Shown in pieces: positions 60,095 through 64,000 of a stretch of DNA of 64,000 nucleotides (position 1 is its first letter; each line of letters begins with the position of its first letter). The notes under the pieces are model-generated. The model saw nothing but the letters and a program-made list of their open reading frames with translations, did not search any database and was not told the DNA's origin. Source of the stretch: Candidatus Latescibacterota bacterium (GTDB taxonomy: Bacteria > Latescibacterota > UBA2968 > SICM01). The translations under genes and the position numbers were made by a program. Where the stretch lies: NCBI GenBank assembly GCA_965217865.1, contig CBDCJO010000002.1:4288001-4352000 (forward strand), given 5' to 3'.

Positions 60095-61255
60095 ATGTCT
60101 GAAAAAATCAACAGATCGCTAACGCCATTGGCCTGGACGGCCTATTTGCTGATCGGAGTCGAGATTTTATATATGATCAGTCCCTTCGCGCTTTATTATT
60201 ATGGAACATATGGACCGAGCCTGAATTTTCTGCATCAATGGCCTGCCACCGCCTGGCTCACAGGGTTTTTCCTTCCTCATTATGTGCAAACATCTTCTTC
60301 GATTTTGAATTCGCTTCACGGGTTCGGCGGGGTTCTCTTTGTGGCCGGTCTCGGAATGTTTCTGGTGGGGGCCGGACAGGTCTATTATGCGAAGTTTTCC
60401 GGAAAAGGGGCCGTGACCAACGGGCTTTATAGATTCGTCCGGAACCCGCAGTACACGGCCTTAGGGGTGATGGGACTGGGTCTATTGCTGGTCTGGCCGC
60501 GGTTCACCGTGCTGATCATGTACTCGATGATGTTGTTCGTGTATTACTTCCTGGCGAAGCAGGAAGAGAGAGAGTGCGAAGGAAAATTTGGTGACGCATT
60601 CAGGGGTTATGCAGAAAGAACCCCGATGTTTTTTCCGTGGAGAATTTCGATCATCCAGCAACTGCCCGCGTTGCCAAAATCCGGGATTAAGCGCGTTGTG
60701 GCGAATCTTGCCCTGTTCTTTGGGGTATTGGTTTTTTTCCTCGTCGTGGGATTCTGGGTGAGGGAGATTTCCGTACGAAATCTTTCGGCATTGAACACCT
60801 CAGATTCCGCTACGATTTCTACCGTCCGGATGCTACCCGAAAAGATTGAAAAAATCATGGAGGTCGCACTGGACGTTCCTGAAGTGCAAGACAGGCTTGC
60901 CCAGGCGGGATTTGGCGCCGGGGAAAAATTCCTGAACTATGTGGTTCCGCTGACATGGTTTCTGCCGGATCTCCCGTTAGAGGTCATTCCGGAAGGCGTT
61001 TACGGCCATCATCAGCCGGACAATTTCAACCGGGATGAATTTAAGGTTCTGTTTACGAAGGCCAGGTTATTCAGGTGGGGCCCTGTCCCGGGCCTGACCT
61101 GCAATCTGGTAACAGGCCCAGACATCATCAAAAGGACATTCGGGAGAGTCCCAATCATTGTCGTAAAATTGAACGTCGCGACCAGAGAAATATTGGGTGT
61201 GGAGACACCGCCTTCCCACGTCCGGTGGGGGGATATACCCACGCCGTTATTCTAG
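60095..61255 (+). CDS. Isoprenylcysteine carboxyl methyltransferase (ICMT/PEMT)-family membrane protein
   Basis: GLYRFVRNPQY, EERECEGKFG...TPMFFP. Confidence 0.8.
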   Translation: MSEKINRSLTPLAWTAYLLIGVEILYMISPFALYYYGTYGPSLNFLHQWPATAWLTGFFLPHYVQTSSSILNSLHGFGGVLFVAGLGMFLVGAGQVYYAKFSGKGAVTNGLYRFVRNPQYTALGVMGLGLLLVWPRFTVLIMYSMMLFVYYFLAKQEERECEGKFGDAFRGYAERTPMFFPWRISIIQQLPALPKSGIKRVVANLALFFGVLVFFLVVGFWVREISVRNLSALNTSDSATISTVRMLPEKIEKIMEVALDVPEVQDRLAQAGFGAGEKFLNYVVPLTWFLPDLPLEVIPEGVYGHHQPDNFNRDEFKVLFTKARLFRWGPVPGLTCNLVTGPDIIKRTFGRVPIIVVKLNVATREILGVETPPSHVRWGDIPTPLF

Positions 61256-63090
61256 GCCCTATACAAGCGTGAATTTTTCTTGGTTTTAGTAGAAAAAAGT
61301 TGAAAATGCCCCAGTTTTCAGGCCTATAGTTGTAGTGTGAAAGACAAAAAGAGGCCATCAAAAGGGGCATTTCAGATGAGAGAATATAGGAAGATTCTTC
61401 GGAACAGGGAAGCACGAATTGTCCGTCGTTTGCGTCGGAAGCAGTGGTGCAGTCAGGTCAAGCCTATGATGTCTGGGGGAAACATCCACTACGAGATAAG
61501 TGGGAAGGCCGAGGCGATCACGTGTGGGGGGATCGGCGCGTTTCACCACATGGTCCGCAGGGTTGGGCTGGTGAAAGAGATTGACCGTCATCTTCATCTT
61601 TTGAAAGTGCATTTGCCCTGTCACGAATCAGACCACGTTCTGAACATCGCCTACAATGCGCTGGTTGGTGGTCAACGCCTTGAAGACATTGAGCTGCGCC
61701 GGCAGGATGCCACGTTCCTGAACGCTTTGGGCGCTCAGCGTCTCCCGGATCCGACCACAGCAGGCGACTTTACACGTCGTTTCCGGCCATCGGATATCGA
61801 GACGTTGATGGATTGCATCAACCGGGTGCGCACCCGGATCTGGAAAAAGCGCGCCAGGGGCGAACTCAAAGAAGCCCTCATCGACATCGACGGCACCCTG
61901 GCCACCACCCTCGGAGAACGCAAGCAGGGCATGGCCCTGTCATACAACGGTATCTGGGGATACCATCCTCTCGTGGTCTCTCTGGCGAACACCAGGGAGG
62001 TGTTGTTTCTTGTGAATCGACCCGGCAATGTGCCCAGCCACGACGGTGCCGTAAAGTGGATCGATCGCGCCATCGCGCTGGTCGCCCCTTTCGCCAAACG
62101 CATCTGCCTGCGCGGAGACACCGGCTTCTCACTCACCCGGCACTTCGATCGTTGGTCGGAAAAGGTCGACTTCGTCTTCGGCATGGATGCTTACCGGGGA
62201 TTGGTCAAGATCGCCAAATCCCTGTCACAGAGCGATTGGGAGCCCTTTGAACGACAACCCAAATACCAGGTCAAGACCTCCCAGAGACAGAAACGCGAGA
62301 ACGTGAAAGCCCGGATCATCCGGGAGCGCGGCTTCAAAAACATCCGACTTGCCAGTGAACGTGTTGCCGGGGTTTCGTATCGTCCTGCTCGATGCAGGAA
62401 GACCTGTCGACTCGTGATCCTCGAAAAGAACCTGAGCGTCGAACGCGGCGAAAACGCCCTGTTCGATGACAAGCGCTGTTTCTTCTACATTACCACCCGA
62501 AAAGATCTTACGGCCGCGGAAATCGTGAGGCTGGCCAATCGACGGTGCGATCAGGAAAACGTGATTGAACAACTCAAGAACGGGGTCAACGCCATGCGGA
62601 TGCCCGTCGACAACCTGATGAGCAACTGGGCTTACATGGTCATGACCGCCCTGGCGTGGAACCTCAAAGCCTGGTTCGCGTTGATGATCCGAAAGCGTGA
62701 GCGTCGCGATCAACTTCTGAGAATGGAGTTTCGCGCCTTCCTCCAGAATCTGATCTGGATCCCTTGCCAGATCGTGACCCGGGGAAGACAGATCATCTAT
62801 CGTGTCTTGGGCTACAACCGGTGGATGACTGACTTCTTCCCGGCCTGGAACAGAATCAGATGGCTCAAACCGGCCTGACTGCCATGTCAGCACCTGTCGT
62901 CGTAACATCACAGGGACAAGTCCGTCCACCCCGGCTAAAACACGTCCGCAAACTCAGTTAATTAGACAATCGCATGCCGAAACAATCACAAAAACAGCCC
63001 AGACATCATCTCGACCAAGTCACAAGTCTGAAATGCTCCGAAATCTTGTATAACACACCGCTCAACAAGCCTATTCGCTTATTTTAGGGC
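61256..63090 (+). mobile_element. IS1380-family insertion sequence
   Basis: Imperfect TIRs GCCCTATACAAGCGTGAAT / ATTCGCTTATTTTAGGGC; TAG on both flanks (61253-61255, 63091-63093). Confidence 0.8.
61337..62878 (+). CDS. IS1380-family transposase
   Basis: PDPTTAGDF, IDIDGT, GYHPL, LRGDTGF, RCDQENVIEQLKNG. Confidence 0.92.
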   Translation: MKDKKRPSKGAFQMREYRKILRNREARIVRRLRRKQWCSQVKPMMSGGNIHYEISGKAEAITCGGIGAFHHMVRRVGLVKEIDRHLHLLKVHLPCHESDHVLNIAYNALVGGQRLEDIELRRQDATFLNALGAQRLPDPTTAGDFTRRFRPSDIETLMDCINRVRTRIWKKRARGELKEALIDIDGTLATTLGERKQGMALSYNGIWGYHPLVVSLANTREVLFLVNRPGNVPSHDGAVKWIDRAIALVAPFAKRICLRGDTGFSLTRHFDRWSEKVDFVFGMDAYRGLVKIAKSLSQSDWEPFERQPKYQVKTSQRQKRENVKARIIRERGFKNIRLASERVAGVSYRPARCRKTCRLVILEKNLSVERGENALFDDKRCFFYITTRKDLTAAEIVRLANRRCDQENVIEQLKNGVNAMRMPVDNLMSNWAYMVMTALAWNLKAWFALMIRKRERRDQLLRMEFRAFLQNLIWIPCQIVTRGRQIIYRVLGYNRWMTDFFPAWNRIRWLKPA

Positions 63091-63106
63091 TAGCGGAGTG
63101 AATCTA

Positions 63107-64000
63107 ATGGACTGGCTGATTAGAGCTATCTTAACCCTGACATTCATAGCAACTGCCGCCCTGGGCGGATATGTGATCGCGAAAGACCCGAAAAACAAAG
63201 CCAACCGTCTTCACGGTTTGTTTGTGCTGGCCGCTCTGGGTTGGATGTCTATCGGTCTGATCCACGCATGGGACCCCGATCACCATATCCATACCCCTCA
63301 CCTTGGTTCTGGGCTCGGGGGATTCTTCGCGACGTTCATCATTCCGATTATAGCCCACTTCGCCCTTCACTTTCCTCGTCCTCTGCGCCCTATAAGGCGG
63401 TGGCACCTCGGACTCATCTACCTACCCTCTACCTTCTTCGCAATATCCTGGGCCGCAGGATGGGAGGTAACCTACCATCTGTTGGAAGGTGGGGGCTATG
63501 AAGAAATCCAAACCCCTTTGTTTACCTTTTTTCTGATCTGGATCGTCCTGAACATCCCTGCTGTCGTAGCTATCCTGATCTGGAAGCATAAGCATTTGAC
63601 TTCAAAGCTCGAGAGACAGCAGGTGAAATATATCCTCGTTGGGTTTTCGTGCACGGCGATACTGTGCGTCCTATTTGCGGTCGTGTTGCCATATTTTCTG
63701 ATCCATGATGCTACATTCATTAGCCCGGTCTTCTTTTTGATATGGGTGGGATTTAGTGCCTATGCAATTGCCCGATTCCGCCTGTTCGAGTCTGCGGTCG
63801 CGCGCGTGCGGATGATTCCGGTGATAAATAAGGTGCGTATGTCCGCGGCCTTTATCATCAGTACGATTACTTTCTGTATAGAATTCCCTGTGATCTTTTA
63901 CCTGGTTCAATCCGGTACGCCCAGGCTCTGGTGGAAGATCTTACTGGTGATCCTGGGCGGCCGGGCGCTTCAGGGGATTCTTATGTCTCTGGTTCTACGC
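63107..64000 (+). CDS. Membrane sensor with HisKA_7TM-like N-terminus (runs off window end; not in ORF track)
   Basis: Open frame MDWLIRAILTL...KDPKNKANRL...HFALHFP...ERQQVKYIL...AYAIARFRLF, with multiple TM segments. Confidence 0.75.
   Translation, partial: MDWLIRAILTLTFIATAALGGYVIAKDPKNKANRLHGLFVLAALGWMSIGLIHAWDPDHHIHTPHLGSGLGGFFATFIIPIIAHFALHFPRPLRPIRRWHLGLIYLPSTFFAISWAAGWEVTYHLLEGGGYEEIQTPLFTFFLIWIVLNIPAVVAILIWKHKHLTSKLERQQVKYILVGFSCTAILCVLFAVVLPYFLIHDATFISPVFFLIWVGFSAYAIARFRLFESAVARVRMIPVINKVRMSAAFIISTITFCIEFPVIFYLVQSGTPRLWWKILLVILGGRALQGILMSLVLR

Noticed and set aside
1-64000. CRISPR array or cas genes
   Set aside because: No regularly spaced identical repeats and no Cas-like ORFs seen; the recurring hairpins are attC-like or REP-like.
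1-64000. Integron integrase, tRNA or rRNA genes
   Set aside because: No ORF with tyrosine-recombinase R-H-R-H-Y motifs, and no tRNA or rRNA signatures recognised by eye.

Overview
Bacterial chromosomal window of moderate GC. The C-terminal DFxGDGxVDFxDFFxFAxAFG dockerin-like repeat and the gene style suggest Latescibacterota or a related FCB/PVC lineage (inference). The left half (about 5.8-29.3 kb) is an accessory region. It reads as an integron gene-cassette array with no integrase in the window (CALIN-like): at least 7 attC-like sites, most sharing a CAGGTTCG motif. Its cargo includes a PIN TA pair, a stand-alone SIR2 protein with an unrecognised C-terminal domain, many GNAT/methyltransferase/VOC/APH/nucleotidyltransferase genes and an ORF-less cassette. 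Inserted in it are a complete IS1595 (26-bp TIRs, 8-bp TSD) carrying a Panacea antitoxin plus a putative membrane toxin, an IS200-derived miniature element and an IS1182/IS5-like element. The right half is mostly housekeeping or metabolic: an Rdx/SelW-like gene, a probable AhpD-like selenoprotein (CxxU plus SECIS-like hairpin, truncated in the ORF track), sugar catabolism genes, mpl-ldcA-M48, an MFS-HEAT fusion, a large split metallopeptidase/Ig/cohesin/dockerin protein, GT9, MATE, GalK-like kinase plus nucleotidyltransferase, an RNB protein lacking its catalytic aspartates, nadC-birA-coaX and an IS1380. Several single-base frameshifts may be assembly errors. All family calls are from motif recognition by eye; no searches were run.
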